Shown piece by piece: positions 11,864-22,490 of a stretch of 64,000 bases of DNA. Source of the stretch: an uncultured Alphaproteobacteria bacterium (lineage in GTDB: Bacteria; Pseudomonadota; Alphaproteobacteria; HIMB59; GCA-002718135); NCBI GenBank assembly GCA_902602515.1, contig CACKRG010000005.1, positions 1,245 through 65,244 on the forward strand. The letters run 5' to 3'. The notes under the pieces were generated by a model, which did not search any database, was not told the DNA's origin, and was given only the letters and a program-made list of their open reading frames with translations. The translations under genes were made by a program, and so were the position numbers. Every line of letters begins with the position of its first letter. The stretch's first letter is position 1.

Positions 11864-12319
11864 ATGAAATTGATAGATGAAATTGACAAAAAATATAAAA
11901 TCTCAATCAAAGAAAAGGACAGCAATTCAATAAATACTTTGAGACTTATTAGAAGTAATATTAAGGATAAACAAATTTCTCTAAGAGGGAAGCAAGAAAT
12001 GCTTTCTGATGGAGATGTATTATCTTTATTGCAAAATATGGTAAAACAGCGAAAAGACTCGATAGAAGCTTTCGAGAAAGCGAATCGACAAGACTTAATC
12101 GATAAAGAAAAGGCAGAAATTAATATTATTGAAATATTCTTACCAAAGCAAAAGAATCAGGATGAGACGCAAAATATTATTGAAAACATAATTAGAGAAA
12201 ATAATTTTTCAACTATTAAAGATATGGGAAAATTGATGAATATAATTAAAGCAGATTATGCTGGAGTCATTGACATGGGCGTAGCAGGAAAAATTGCTAA
12301 GAATAATTTAGGAAAATAA
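11864..12319 (+). CDS. GatB/YqeY domain-containing protein
   Basis: 151 aa with YqeY-like motifs (LRLIRSNIKDKQI..., DSIEAFEKANRQDLIDKEKAEI). Its position upstream of dnaG is typical. Confidence 0.8.
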   Translation: MKLIDEIDKKYKISIKEKDSNSINTLRLIRSNIKDKQISLRGKQEMLSDGDVLSLLQNMVKQRKDSIEAFEKANRQDLIDKEKAEINIIEIFLPKQKNQDETQNIIENIIRENNFSTIKDMGKLMNIIKADYAGVIDMGVAGKIAKNNLGK

Positions 12320-14061
12320 TGTCTTTTTCAAAATATGATCTAGACACAATCAAATCCAAAATTCAACTTTCTACTGAAATAGAAAAAAAAGTTAAAGTCA
12401 TAAAAAAAGGAAATGATTATTGGTGTTGTTGCCCTTTTCACAATGAAAAAACTCCATCTTGTAAAATAAATGATGATCAAGGTAGTTATTATTGTTTTGG
12501 GTGTGGAGCAAAAGGAGATATATTTACAATATATACTGATCTTTATAATTATTCGTTTCCTGATGCAGTCAAAGAACTAGCACAGAGAGTTGGAGTCAAT
12601 ATTATTGATAATAACATTAAAAAAGGTCTAAATAAAGATGATAAAATTTTTGAGATTATAGAGCTGGCAACTGAATGGTATCAAGATAATTTTTTATCCA
12701 ATATTGATTGTCAAAAATATTTAGAAAAAAGATTAATATCACAAAATACTATAAAAGAATTTAGGATTGGATATTCTTACAATTCAAAATCATCTCTTTA
12801 TCAATATTTAAAAAAAATGAATTATAAAGATGAAGATATATTAAAAAGCAATCTTGTGAAAATTGATAAAAATAACAATTTTAGAGATTTTTTTTATAAA
12901 AGATTAATATTTCCAATTGCAAATGAACAAAATCGTATTGTTGGATTTGGGGGCAGAGTTCTTGATAACTCCAATCCAAAATATATTAATTCACCTGAAA
13001 GTTATTTCTTTAAAAAAAGAAGTTTACTTTATAATCTTAATAAAGCTAAAAAAAATATAAGAGCAAAAAAAAATGTTTTAATTTGTGAAGGGTATATGGA
13101 TGTAATAAGTCTTTATGAACGTAATATAAAAACTGCAGTAGCGCCACTCGGCACTGCATTAACAGAAACTCAGCTATTCTTATCTTGGAAATATGTTGAT
13201 AGGCCCACTATAATGTTTGATGGTGATAATGCAGGTTTGATGGCTTCTTATAAAAGTGCATTAATGGCGTTACCTCATCTATCGCCAAACAAATATTTAC
13301 AATTTATAAAATTACCTTTTAATTATGATCCAGATAGCTATATAATGAAACACTCCATTAAACAATTTGCTGAAATACTAAAAAAACCAGAACCAATAAT
13401 CAACTTTATATTTAATCAATCTTCATCTTCAATTGATTTCACTAGAGCAGATAACAAAATATCATTTGATAAATATATTGATGATTTAGTTCTAACTATA
13501 AAAGATAAAAAGGTTCAGTATTTTTATAAAAATGAATTTAAGAAATTATTTTTTGATAAACTCAAATCATCTAATAAAAAAAAATCTTTTGAAATCAAAA
13601 ATAATTATAATTTTGAACCACTTATTGAAAAACAGATAAACTCTTTTTTGTTATCATATATTAATCATACTAAAATTAGAGATGATTTAGTTGAGCTATT
13701 TGACAAGGTAGAATTGATTGATGCTAATCAACAAAAATTTATCAACTATTTACATAAATCTGATCTCAATTTTAAAAATATTGAAGAAATTAGCAAACAG
13801 AAGTTACCTGAAGAAGTATCAAATATATTAAAAAAGCTTCAAGAAAATACATATTTTCAACTATTTCCTTACTCTAATGAGGATTATGATTCTGAGAAAA
13901 CTCTAGAGGAAATAACAGAATCTGCAAAAAATTTGAATACAAGACTTTCAAATTTGAAAAAAATAAATAAAAGCCTAAATGAATTTGGTGATGATTTTAC
14001 TTCACTTAATTGGGAAGATTTAAAGAGTATTTCTTTTGAGTTTAAAGGTAACAAAGACTAA
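12319..14061 (+). CDS. dnaG: DNA primase
   Basis: 580 aa with a zinc ribbon (CCCPFHNEKTPSCKIN...YYCFGCGAKGD) and a TOPRIM domain (ICEGYMDVIS, FDGDNAG). The start shares TAATG with the upstream stop. Confidence 0.93.
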   Translation: MSFSKYDLDTIKSKIQLSTEIEKKVKVIKKGNDYWCCCPFHNEKTPSCKINDDQGSYYCFGCGAKGDIFTIYTDLYNYSFPDAVKELAQRVGVNIIDNNIKKGLNKDDKIFEIIELATEWYQDNFLSNIDCQKYLEKRLISQNTIKEFRIGYSYNSKSSLYQYLKKMNYKDEDILKSNLVKIDKNNNFRDFFYKRLIFPIANEQNRIVGFGGRVLDNSNPKYINSPESYFFKKRSLLYNLNKAKKNIRAKKNVLICEGYMDVISLYERNIKTAVAPLGTALTETQLFLSWKYVDRPTIMFDGDNAGLMASYKSALMALPHLSPNKYLQFIKLPFNYDPDSYIMKHSIKQFAEILKKPEPIINFIFNQSSSSIDFTRADNKISFDKYIDDLVLTIKDKKVQYFYKNEFKKLFFDKLKSSNKKKSFEIKNNYNFEPLIEKQINSFLLSYINHTKIRDDLVELFDKVELIDANQQKFINYLHKSDLNFKNIEEISKQKLPEEVSNILKKLQENTYFQLFPYSNEDYDSEKTLEEITESAKNLNTRLSNLKKINKSLNEFGDDFTSLNWEDLKSISFEFKGNKD

Positions 14062-14073
14062 AAAAGGTTATTT

Positions 14074-16230
14074 ATGAAAAAAGCTAAAAAAAAGATTACA
14101 AAGAAAAAAGTAGTCAAAAAAGCTTTAAGTAAAACAAAGAAGAAACAGAGTAAAAAAACTACATCTTCAATAAAGAAAAAAACCTCTAAATCAAAAAAAC
14201 AATTATCTTCAACTAAGAAAAAAACAAAAAAGAATAGTCCAAAAGATCTAAAAAAAGCTGTCAATAAAGTAAAAAAAAGTGATGCAAAGACTAAGCCAAA
14301 GAAACCTAAAATAACTTTTGATGATAAAATTAAAGAAATATTTGAAAAACTAATAAATAAATACAAGATCGATGGCGTATACACATTAAAAATAATAGAA
14401 AAATCAATACCAAAAAAATTTAGAGAATTAGAAAATATAAATAAATTAAAAGAATTAGTAATTAAATCTAGTATTAAAATATATTCAGAGGAAGAAGCAA
14501 AAGAACTACTTAATCTTTCTAAAGATGACTCAAATAAATCAGATGAAACTTCTGAAGGTGAGGAAAAAAAACAAACAGGAAAAACAGATGATCCCGTTAG
14601 GCTTTATTTACGAGATATGGGAGCTGTAGAGCTACTTAGTCGTGAGGGTGAAATTGCTATTGCTAAGAGAATTGAAGCTGGAAGAGAAAAAATGATTGGA
14701 GCTATATGTGAAAGCCCCATGACGATAAGATCTATAATTAATTGGAAGGACTCAATTAAAGATGGGACTATGCTACTTAGAGATATAGTTGATTTAGAGG
14801 CAACATACGATATGTCTGATATATCTGATAACAAACTTGAGGACACATTAAAGCTTATCGAAGGTTCATCTGAAAAAGATGATAAAAATGAAAAAAATAA
14901 AGACGATTCCTCAGCAGACAACGATGATCAAAACTCAGAAGAAGAGGAAGAAGAAGGCTTAAATGTTTCACTTGCTGCTATGGAAGAAAAACTTAAACCA
15001 AAAGTACTTAATGATTTTAATGAAATTACCAAGTTATTCAAAAAGTTACAAAAATATAGTAATGAGTTAATTAATACTGATAAAAAAGATATCAAAAATT
15101 ATTCTTCTCAAGAAAAAAAATATAAAAAAATTCAAAAAGAAATGGTTTCAGCAATGAAAGCTGTACATTTTAATTCATCTACAATTGAAGCATTAATGGA
15201 AGCTCTCTATGAGTTAAATAAAAAACTTCTATTAAGAGAAGGTAAAATGCTCAGATTGGCCACTAGTTGTGGTGTAAAAAGAGAAGACTTTATTGAACAA
15301 TATTTAAATTTCAATTTTGAGAAAAATTGGATACAAACTCTACTTTCTACTAAAGAAAAAAATTGGGAAAAATTTATCAATAGAAATCATATAGAAATAA
15401 ATAAATTAGTTGAGGAAATTAAAGAAATTCAGACAGCATCTGAACTACCTTTGCCAGAATTTAGAAGAATTGTTAGCACTGTTCAAAATGGTGAAAGATC
15501 TGCAAATAGAGCAAAAAAGGAAATGATTGAATCAAATCTTAGACTAGTAATATCAATTGCCAAAAAATATACCAATAGAGGCCTGCAATTTTTAGATCTA
15601 ATTCAAGAGGGTAATATTGGATTAATGAAAGCTGTTGATAAATTTGAATATAGAAGGGGGTATAAATTCTCTACCTACGCAACCTGGTGGATAAGACAAG
15701 CAATTACTAGATCAATTGCGGACCAAGCTAGAACAATAAGAATACCTGTTCATATGATAGAAACTATTAATAAAATTGTTAGAACCACAAGACAAATAAT
15801 GTCAGAAATTGGAAGAGAGCCAACACCCAATGAACTTGCTGATAGATTGCATATGCCATTAGATAAAGTTAAAAAAGTTTTAAAAATAGCAAAAGAACCC
15901 ATAAGTCTTGAAACTCCTGTGGGTGATGAAGAGGATAGCTCACTTGGAGATTTTATAGAGGATAAAAATGCACTTATACCAATAGATGCAGCTGTTAAAA
16001 GCTCCTTAAGAGATACAACTACAAGAATATTATCATCTCTTACTCCTAGAGAAGAAAGAGTTCTAAGAATGAGGTTTGGTATAGGTATGAATAGTGATCA
16101 CACTTTAGAAGAAGTTGGGCAGCAATTTAGTGTTACTAGAGAAAGAATTAGACAAATTGAAGCTAAAGCACTTAGAAAACTAAAACATCCCACTAGAGCA
16201 CGAAAACTTAAAACATTTCTTGATGAATAA
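14074..16230 (+). CDS. rpoD: RNA polymerase sigma-70 factor RpoD, with a ~80-aa lysine-rich N-terminal extension
   Basis: 718 aa with canonical regions 1.2-4.2 ([71 protein letters not shown]). Confidence 0.96.
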   Translation: MKKAKKKITKKKVVKKALSKTKKKQSKKTTSSIKKKTSKSKKQLSSTKKKTKKNSPKDLKKAVNKVKKSDAKTKPKKPKITFDDKIKEIFEKLINKYKIDGVYTLKIIEKSIPKKFRELENINKLKELVIKSSIKIYSEEEAKELLNLSKDDSNKSDETSEGEEKKQTGKTDDPVRLYLRDMGAVELLSREGEIAIAKRIEAGREKMIGAICESPMTIRSIINWKDSIKDGTMLLRDIVDLEATYDMSDISDNKLEDTLKLIEGSSEKDDKNEKNKDDSSADNDDQNSEEEEEEGLNVSLAAMEEKLKPKVLNDFNEITKLFKKLQKYSNELINTDKKDIKNYSSQEKKYKKIQKEMVSAMKAVHFNSSTIEALMEALYELNKKLLLREGKMLRLATSCGVKREDFIEQYLNFNFEKNWIQTLLSTKEKNWEKFINRNHIEINKLVEEIKEIQTASELPLPEFRRIVSTVQNGERSANRAKKEMIESNLRLVISIAKKYTNRGLQFLDLIQEGNIGLMKAVDKFEYRRGYKFSTYATWWIRQAITRSIADQARTIRIPVHMIETINKIVRTTRQIMSEIGREPTPNELADRLHMPLDKVKKVLKIAKEPISLETPVGDEEDSSLGDFIEDKNALIPIDAAVKSSLRDTTTRILSSLTPREERVLRMRFGIGMNSDHTLEEVGQQFSVTRERIRQIEAKALRKLKHPTRARKLKTFLDE

Positions 16231-17058
16231 ATGGAGTTAACACTCCTTGGAACTGGTTGTCCCAAAGTTGATTTTAAAAGGTTTGGACCCTCTAATTTAA
16301 TTCAAACTAAAAAAACAAAAATATTAGTTGATTGTGGTTCTGGAGTAACTCAAAGATTAGATCAAATTAAAATCTCATCTGCTGATATTGATGCATTGTT
16401 TTTAACTCATTTACATTCAGATCACGTAATAGATTTTTATCAGCTAATTATATCATCTTGGCATTCTTATAGAATAAAACCTTGGAAAATCTATGGCCCA
16501 ATAGGAACAAAAAAATTTGTTTCAAAAATTATGGATGCTTGGAAAGAGGAGAGAGATTTGAGAATAAAATATGAATCCAGAGCATCAGCTAAAGCATTTA
16601 AAATTATTGTTCAAGAATTTAAAGCTCATGGTAAAATTAAAATCAACGACTTTAATGTTGAATATTTTGAAGTTGATCACAAACCAGTAAAGTATGCCTA
16701 TGGTTTTAATTTTTTCAATAAAAATAAAAAGCTTACTATTAGTGGAGACACAAGACCATGTGAAAATTTAATGCGGTATGCACAACAAGCTGACGTCTTA
16801 CTACATGAAGTTTTTATAGATGGGGAGTTTAAGCAAACTACTAAAATGAGAACTAAAAAAACATTGCATAATGTTAGAAGCTATCATACACCATCTTCGA
16901 TTGTCGGAAAAGTTGCTCTAATAACAAAATGTAAAAAATTAGTATTAACTCATTTAGTTCCAACTAAATTTAATGAAGATAATCTCAAAAGAACTGTAAA
17001 GAAAGATTTTGGGAAAAATCCTGTTATAGGTAAAGATCTATTAAAAATAAGGATATGA
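16231..17058 (+). CDS. MBL-fold metallo-hydrolase (RNase Z/BN-like)
   Basis: 275 aa with the HxHxDH motif (THLHSDHV) and distal His/Asp residues. The ATG directly abuts the rpoD stop. Confidence 0.75.
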   Translation: MELTLLGTGCPKVDFKRFGPSNLIQTKKTKILVDCGSGVTQRLDQIKISSADIDALFLTHLHSDHVIDFYQLIISSWHSYRIKPWKIYGPIGTKKFVSKIMDAWKEERDLRIKYESRASAKAFKIIVQEFKAHGKIKINDFNVEYFEVDHKPVKYAYGFNFFNKNKKLTISGDTRPCENLMRYAQQADVLLHEVFIDGEFKQTTKMRTKKTLHNVRSYHTPSSIVGKVALITKCKKLVLTHLVPTKFNEDNLKRTVKKDFGKNPVIGKDLLKIRI

Positions 17059-17106
17059 TATAATTTGATTGAAAGTTATAAATTTGAAATGTATTAGCAC
17101 ATTTTA

Positions 17107-17183
17107 GGGCTCTTAGCTCAGTTGGTTAGAGCGCCCCGCTCATAACGGGGTGGTCCGGGGTTCAAGTCCCTGAGGGCCCACCA
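17107..17183 (+). tRNA. tRNA with CAT anticodon (elongator Met, or Ile2 if lysidine-modified)
   Basis: Hand fold: acceptor GGGCTCT/AGGGCCC, anticodon stem CCCCG/CGGGG with loop CTCATAA, T arm CCGGGGTTCAAGTCCCTGA.., CCA encoded. The first pair is G-C, so it is not an initiator. Confidence 0.88.
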
Positions 17184-17214
17184 AATTTCCTAAAAATTAC
17201 TAAAATTAGGTGTT

Positions 17215-17220
17215 TATAAT
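17215..17220 (+). promoter_or_regulatory. possible -10 hexamer (TATAAT) for the transporter operon
   Basis: A perfect TATAAT lies 47 nt upstream of the preferred ATG (17267). No convincing -35 is visible. It falls inside the ORF-track N-terminal extension, which argues against the 17210 start. Confidence 0.3.
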
Positions 17221-17266
17221 GTACCTCGATATGCTACTAAAACATATTAATTTTTTGGGAGGAAAA

Positions 17267-18487
17267 ATGAAAAAATTATTAACTTTAGTAATTTTATTTA
17301 CCTCAACTATAGTTTCTGCAGGCACGCTGGTTGTTAACTCTAACCAATCTGGAGAACCTTCTAAATCTGCTTTTGATGCATATGTAGCTGCATTCAGTGA
17401 AGCTCATCCAGAAGTAACAGTTGTTGTAAATGAATTTGAACATGAAGCATATAAAACTGCTATTAGAAACTTTTTGACTGCTGAAGCACCAGATGTTGCA
17501 ATTTGGTTTGCTGGTAACAGAATGAAGTTTTTTGTTGATCAAAATTTATTTCAAGATGTAAGTGATGTATGGGCAGATGCCGATCTTAATGACTCAATGG
17601 CTTCTAGCAAAGGCTCTCTTACAGTTGATGGTAAACAATATGGTGTTCCATGGGGTTACTATCAATGGGGTGTATATTACAGAAAAGATTTATTTGACCA
17701 ACTTGGTTTAAATGTTCCACGTGACTGGGATGAATTTAAATGGGTTTGTGCTATGCTTAAGAAGAATGGAATTACTCCAATCACTATTGGTACTAAGTTT
17801 TTATGGACCGCTGGTGGATGGTTTGATTATCTAAATCTTAGAATTAATGGTTATCAATTTCACATGGATTTAACAGCAGGTAAAGTAAGCTACGAAGATC
17901 CAAGACTTGATGCTGTATTTGATCATTGGAGAGAATTAATTGATCCAGGATATTTCCTTGAGGATCATGCTTCTTTCTCATGGCAGGATGCACAAGCTCC
18001 ACAAATCAATGGTGAAGCAGCAATGTATTTAATTGGTAATTTTTATGTACCAACTTTTGAAGCAGCAGGTATTGGTGATCAAATGGATTTCTTCCAATTC
18101 CCTACAATCTATGAGGGCGTAGGTGTTGCTGAAGATGCTCCAACTGATACAATGCATATTCCTAGTGGCGCTAAAAATGTTGAGGATGCAAAAAAATTCT
18201 TAGCATTTATGTCAAACAAAGAAGCTGCTACTAATTGGGCTAAAATGGGCGGTATGCTAAGTCCAAATAAATATGCTGATAAACCAACAAATAGATTCTC
18301 AATAATGGGGGCTAAGATGCTCGCAGCTGCAGATGATATTGCACAATTCTGGGATAGAGACGCTAACCCGGATATGGCTGGTGCAGCAATGGAAGGTTTC
18401 CAAGAATTTATGGTTAAGCCTGACCGTGAAGACAAAATTAGAGCACGTCTCGAAAAAGAGAGAGCTAGAATTCACGGAGCTTTATAA
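17267..18487 (+). CDS. ABC transporter substrate-binding protein, family 1 (CUT1 sugar type)
   Basis: Start moved to MKKLLTLVILFTSTIVSAG, a signal peptide preceded by the GGGAGG Shine-Dalgarno at 17257-17262. Overall it looks like an extracellular solute-binding family 1 protein. Confidence 0.88.
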   Translation: MKKLLTLVILFTSTIVSAGTLVVNSNQSGEPSKSAFDAYVAAFSEAHPEVTVVVNEFEHEAYKTAIRNFLTAEAPDVAIWFAGNRMKFFVDQNLFQDVSDVWADADLNDSMASSKGSLTVDGKQYGVPWGYYQWGVYYRKDLFDQLGLNVPRDWDEFKWVCAMLKKNGITPITIGTKFLWTAGGWFDYLNLRINGYQFHMDLTAGKVSYEDPRLDAVFDHWRELIDPGYFLEDHASFSWQDAQAPQINGEAAMYLIGNFYVPTFEAAGIGDQMDFFQFPTIYEGVGVAEDAPTDTMHIPSGAKNVEDAKKFLAFMSNKEAATNWAKMGGMLSPNKYADKPTNRFSIMGAKMLAAADDIAQFWDRDANPDMAGAAMEGFQEFMVKPDREDKIRARLEKERARIHGAL

Positions 18488-18501
18488 TTTTAATCTTAAA
18501 T

Positions 18502-18530
18502 AGGGGTGTAATTTTACACCTCTATTCTTT
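18502..18530 (+). terminator. intra-operon hairpin and T-rich tail after the binding-protein gene
   Basis: AGGGGTGT-aatttt-ACACCTCT forms 8 bp with one G-U, followed by ATTCTTTTATT. It lies 15 nt after the stop codon. Confidence 0.5.
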
Positions 18531-18582
18531 TATTATTCAAATTAAATATTATAAATAAAATTATAGAGAGATATTATATTAA

Positions 18583-19497
18583 ATGACTTTTTGGGAGCGT
18601 AATCAGTTAAAATTAGCACCCTTCATTTTTCTTGCTCCAGCAATTCTTGTTTTTCTAATATATGTAATCTATCCTATTTTTGACTCGATATGGGTGAGTT
18701 TCCATGAATGGAATGGAATGGATAAAAGTGGAATAAGAGGTAATGGAAAACCAAACTGGGAGTTTGTTGGTTTTAAAAATTATATTACCTTATTTACAGA
18801 TGATGATGAATTTTATGTTTCTCTATTTAATAATATCAGATGGTTAATCTTTAGCTTATTAGCTGTTCCAATTGGATTAGCTTTAGCTCTTTTTGTTAAC
18901 CAAAAAATTTTAGGTATCAGATATATAAAATCATTATTTTATTTCCCCTTTGTTATAAATGCCGTTGTTATAGGGGTAATATTTACGTGGTTTTACAATC
19001 CCAAATACGGTGCCTTAAGTCTTGTGCTAGGTTTTTTTGGTTTAGATCCTATCCCAATGTTAGCAGATGAAAATTTAGCAACATATGGAATTATTATAGC
19101 ATCATTTTTCCCAGGTATAGCGTACACAATGATATTGTATATTACTGGATTGACAGGTGTAAGTAGAGAAATGATTGAAGCTGGAAGGATAGATGGGGCA
19201 TCTGGATTTACAATGTTATGGCATGTTGTTTTACCTCAATTGAGACCAGCAACACTCATTGCTGTAGTTGTGACATTAGTTGGTGCACTTAGAGCATTTG
19301 ACTTAATAGCAGTTATGACAGCTGGAGGCCCATGGGGCAGTTCTGAAGTTTTGGCTTATAAAATGTATCAAGAGGCATTATTTAATTTTAGAATGGGTTA
19401 TGGAGCTGCGATTGCCACTATTCTTTTCCTAATCATGGATATTTACATCGCTTGGTTTTTATATCGTTTATTTAAGAACGAAAGGTCTGAAAAATAA
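18583..19497 (+). CDS. sugar ABC transporter permease (MalF/UgpA-like)
   Basis: 304 aa with six hydrophobic segments and an EAA loop (EAGRIDGASGFTMLWHVVLPQLRP). Confidence 0.9.
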   Translation: MTFWERNQLKLAPFIFLAPAILVFLIYVIYPIFDSIWVSFHEWNGMDKSGIRGNGKPNWEFVGFKNYITLFTDDDEFYVSLFNNIRWLIFSLLAVPIGLALALFVNQKILGIRYIKSLFYFPFVINAVVIGVIFTWFYNPKYGALSLVLGFFGLDPIPMLADENLATYGIIIASFFPGIAYTMILYITGLTGVSREMIEAGRIDGASGFTMLWHVVLPQLRPATLIAVVVTLVGALRAFDLIAVMTAGGPWGSSEVLAYKMYQEALFNFRMGYGAAIATILFLIMDIYIAWFLYRLFKNERSEK

Positions 19498-20348
19498 TGT
19501 TTCCAACTCCAATTCAAAATTATTCTTTAAAAATAAATATTGGTTACAGGGTTTTACTTGTTTTCACACTTATAATTTGGTTGTTACCACTGATAGCTGT
19601 TATGCTTACTTCAATTAGAACCTTTGATGACGTTCTTGCAGGTAATTATTGGACATTTCCAGAAGAAACAGCTCTAGTCTCTAATTATGTTGCGGTATTT
19701 GCAGATGGAAAAATGGCAGGTTTTTTTCTTAATAGTCTAATCATTACTATTCCAACAGTAATAGGCACACTATTTTTAAGTTCTCTAGCAGGTTATTCTC
19801 TTGCAATGCATAGATTTAAATTAAATTTATTAGTATTTGCGATGTTCATAGCAGGAAATTTTGTTCCATATCAAATATTAATGATACCGGTACGTAATAT
19901 ATCAATTGAATTAGGTATGTATAATAGTCATTTAGGATTAATTATTTTTCATATTGCTTTTCAAACTGGTTTTTGTACTTTTTTTCTAAGAAACTTTATT
20001 AAAGAATTACCATTTGAGCTTATTGAAGCAGCTAGGGCTGATGGTGCAACTGAATGGACGATATATAGAAAAATAATAATTCCACTTACAATACCCGCAC
20101 TTGCAGCACTCGGTGTTTTAGAGTTTACTTTTATATGGAATGATTATTTTTGGGCATTAATTTTAACACAAGGTGATACTGTTAAACCAATTACAGTTGG
20201 TTTAGATGTTTTAAGAGGTCAATGGACAACAGCTTGGAATTTAGTTTCAGCAGGATCTGTTGTGGCAGCCTTACCACCAGTAATAATGTTTTTTATTTTA
20301 CAAAGACAATTTATTCACGGATTAACGTTTGGAGCAGTTAAAGGATAA
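19497..20348 (+). CDS. sugar ABC transporter permease (MalG/UgpE-like)
   Basis: 283 aa with an EAA loop (EAARADGATEWTIYRKIIIPLTIPA). The ATG overlaps the upstream stop (TAATG). Confidence 0.9.
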   Translation: MFPTPIQNYSLKINIGYRVLLVFTLIIWLLPLIAVMLTSIRTFDDVLAGNYWTFPEETALVSNYVAVFADGKMAGFFLNSLIITIPTVIGTLFLSSLAGYSLAMHRFKLNLLVFAMFIAGNFVPYQILMIPVRNISIELGMYNSHLGLIIFHIAFQTGFCTFFLRNFIKELPFELIEAARADGATEWTIYRKIIIPLTIPALAALGVLEFTFIWNDYFWALILTQGDTVKPITVGLDVLRGQWTTAWNLVSAGSVVAALPPVIMFFILQRQFIHGLTFGAVKG

Positions 20349-20385
20349 TGTTTGCAAATAAGATAGTAAAATATAAAAGACATTC

Positions 20386-21450
20386 ATGCCTTTAATATCA
20401 CTTAGACAACTTTTAGACCACGCAGCTGAAAACAACTACGGAGTTCCTGCATTTAATGTTAACAATTTAGAGCAAATTAGAGCAATTATGGAAGGTGCGG
20501 AAGATCTTAACAGCCCAGTTATAATTCAGGCATCTAAATCAGCTAGAAAATATGCTGGTCCTATATTTTTGAAAAATATGGTGCAAGCAGCTACGGAAGA
20601 ATTTTCAAATATTCCTGTTGTTCTTCATCAAGATCATGGTGGCTCACCTGAGGATTGTAAAAGTTGTATTGAATTAGGTTTTACTTCAGTAATGATGGAT
20701 GGCTCATTAAGAGAGGATCAAAAAACACCCTCTGATTTTAAGTATAATGTTGAAGTAACAAAAAAAACTGTTGATATGGCTCATTATTTAGGGGTTTCTG
20801 TAGAAGGTGAATTAGGTTGTCTTGGATCACTTGAAACAGGAACTGGCGAAAAAGAAGATGGTGTTGGTGCAGAAGGCATATTAACTCAAGACCAATTACT
20901 AACTGATCCTGATGAAGCTTCAACGTTTGTCAGTCAAACAAAAGTAGATGCTCTTGCAATTGCAATTGGAACAAGTCACGGAGCATATAAATTTTCTAAA
21001 CCACCCACCGGCGAAACACTTGCTATGGAAAGAATAAGACAAATTCATTCCAAAATACCAAATACTCACTTAGTTATGCATGGATCTTCTAGTGTACCCA
21101 AAAACTTAATTGCTGATATAAACAAATATGGCGGAGAAATAAAAGAGACCTATGGTGTACCGCTTGAGGAAATTAAAGAAGGAATTAAAAATGGAGTTAG
21201 AAAGGTAAACGTGGACACTGACTTAAGATTAGCATCAACTGCTGCAATAAGAAAATATTTTTTTGAAAATCCATCTGAGTTTGATCCTAGAAAATACCTT
21301 TCACTCTCAAAAGATGCAATGAAAGAAGTTGTTAAAAATAAATTAGAGGAATTTGGAGCTGCTGGAAATGCATCAAAAATAAAACCTTCATCATTATCAA
21401 TTATGGCCTCCAGGTATCAATCTGGAGAGTTGAGTTCGATAATAAATTAA
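20386..21450 (+). CDS. fba: class II fructose/ketose-bisphosphate aldolase
   Basis: 354 aa. The N-terminus [25 protein letters not shown], the HQDHG metal site and GTSHGAYKF are typical of the class II (FbaA/CbbA-type) family. Confidence 0.9.
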   Translation: MPLISLRQLLDHAAENNYGVPAFNVNNLEQIRAIMEGAEDLNSPVIIQASKSARKYAGPIFLKNMVQAATEEFSNIPVVLHQDHGGSPEDCKSCIELGFTSVMMDGSLREDQKTPSDFKYNVEVTKKTVDMAHYLGVSVEGELGCLGSLETGTGEKEDGVGAEGILTQDQLLTDPDEASTFVSQTKVDALAIAIGTSHGAYKFSKPPTGETLAMERIRQIHSKIPNTHLVMHGSSSVPKNLIADINKYGGEIKETYGVPLEEIKEGIKNGVRKVNVDTDLRLASTAAIRKYFFENPSEFDPRKYLSLSKDAMKEVVKNKLEEFGAAGNASKIKPSSLSIMASRYQSGELSSIIN

Positions 21451-22488
21451 ATGAATAAAATACGTTGGGGTATAATTGGTCCAGGTTCAATTGCAAACAA
21501 TTTTGCAGACGCTCTCTTACAAACATATTCTGCAGAGTTAACTGCAGTTGCAAGTTTTAATGATGAAAGAAGAAAAGTTTTTGGAGATAAATATAATATT
21601 TCAAACAATCTAAGATTCGAAAACTATGATTCATTATTAAATTGTGAATTAGTTGATGCTGTTTACATATCAACACCACATACACTTCATGCTGACTTAT
21701 CAATTAAAGCGGCCGGAAAAGGTAAGCATATTCTGTGTGAAAAACCAGCTGCAGTAAACTTTAAACAAGGGGAGAAAGTAATAAAAGCAGTTCAGGATGC
21801 AGGTGTTTTTTATAAAGAGGGATTTATGTACAGATGCCATCCTCAAATCCCAGCTTTATTAGAATTATTAAAAAATAAGACTATAGGTGATGTAACTAAA
21901 ATTATATCTTCTTTTGGTTTTGATATGACCAAAGTAATACCTGAACATAGACTTTTTAATAAAAATTTAGCAGGTGGAGCTATTTTGGATGTTGGTTTAT
22001 ATCCTGTTTCACTTTCTAGAATGATCGCAGGAGTACAATCAGGTAGAAAATTTGTGAATCCAATTAAATTATCAGCTGAAGCACAAATCGGACAAACAGG
22101 TGTAGATGAAATATCATCAGCTATAATGGAATTTGATAATGGAATAACAGCTAAAGCAGATACAGCAATTATGAAAAATATGGATAACAACGCAATTATT
22201 GAAGGTTCAGATGGTAAAATTATTATTGATAATCCATGGATGCCAGGAAGAGATGGCGGTCCATATCATTCCAATATAAGAATAATAAAAAATGGTCATG
22301 AAGAAATTAGAGAATTTAAAGGACCAGAGCATCTATTTTTTTTTGAAGCCGAGCTTTCTAGCCAATCAATTTTAAAAGAAAAACAGCAGGTACCACACCC
22401 AGGAATGACATGGGAAGATACACTTGGCAATCTAAAAGTTTTAGATCAATGGAGACAAAAAATTAATTACAAACTAAATGAAGATTAA
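21451..22488 (+). CDS. Gfo/Idh/MocA-family NAD(P)-dependent oxidoreductase
   Basis: 345 aa with an N-terminal Rossmann motif (WGIIGPGSIA) and the EKP motif (LCEKPAA). The start abuts the fba stop. Confidence 0.85.
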   Translation: MNKIRWGIIGPGSIANNFADALLQTYSAELTAVASFNDERRKVFGDKYNISNNLRFENYDSLLNCELVDAVYISTPHTLHADLSIKAAGKGKHILCEKPAAVNFKQGEKVIKAVQDAGVFYKEGFMYRCHPQIPALLELLKNKTIGDVTKIISSFGFDMTKVIPEHRLFNKNLAGGAILDVGLYPVSLSRMIAGVQSGRKFVNPIKLSAEAQIGQTGVDEISSAIMEFDNGITAKADTAIMKNMDNNAIIEGSDGKIIIDNPWMPGRDGGPYHSNIRIIKNGHEEIREFKGPEHLFFFEAELSSQSILKEKQQVPHPGMTWEDTLGNLKVLDQWRQKINYKLNED

Positions 22489-22490
22489 TT

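Noticed and set aside
14058-14384. 108-aa phenylalanine-rich ORF on the minus strand.
   Set aside because: It is the reverse-complement shadow (TTT = Phe) of the AAA/AAG lysine tract at the RpoD N-terminus.
17210-17266. N-terminal extensions proposed by the ORF track: the binding protein at 17210, mraZ at 33041, murD at 40223, lpxC at 50753 and degP at 60034.
   Set aside because: In each case a downstream start gives the canonical family N-terminus or a signal peptide. The downstream start also removes overlap with a promoter -10, an operator repeat, the upstream gene or a terminator stem.
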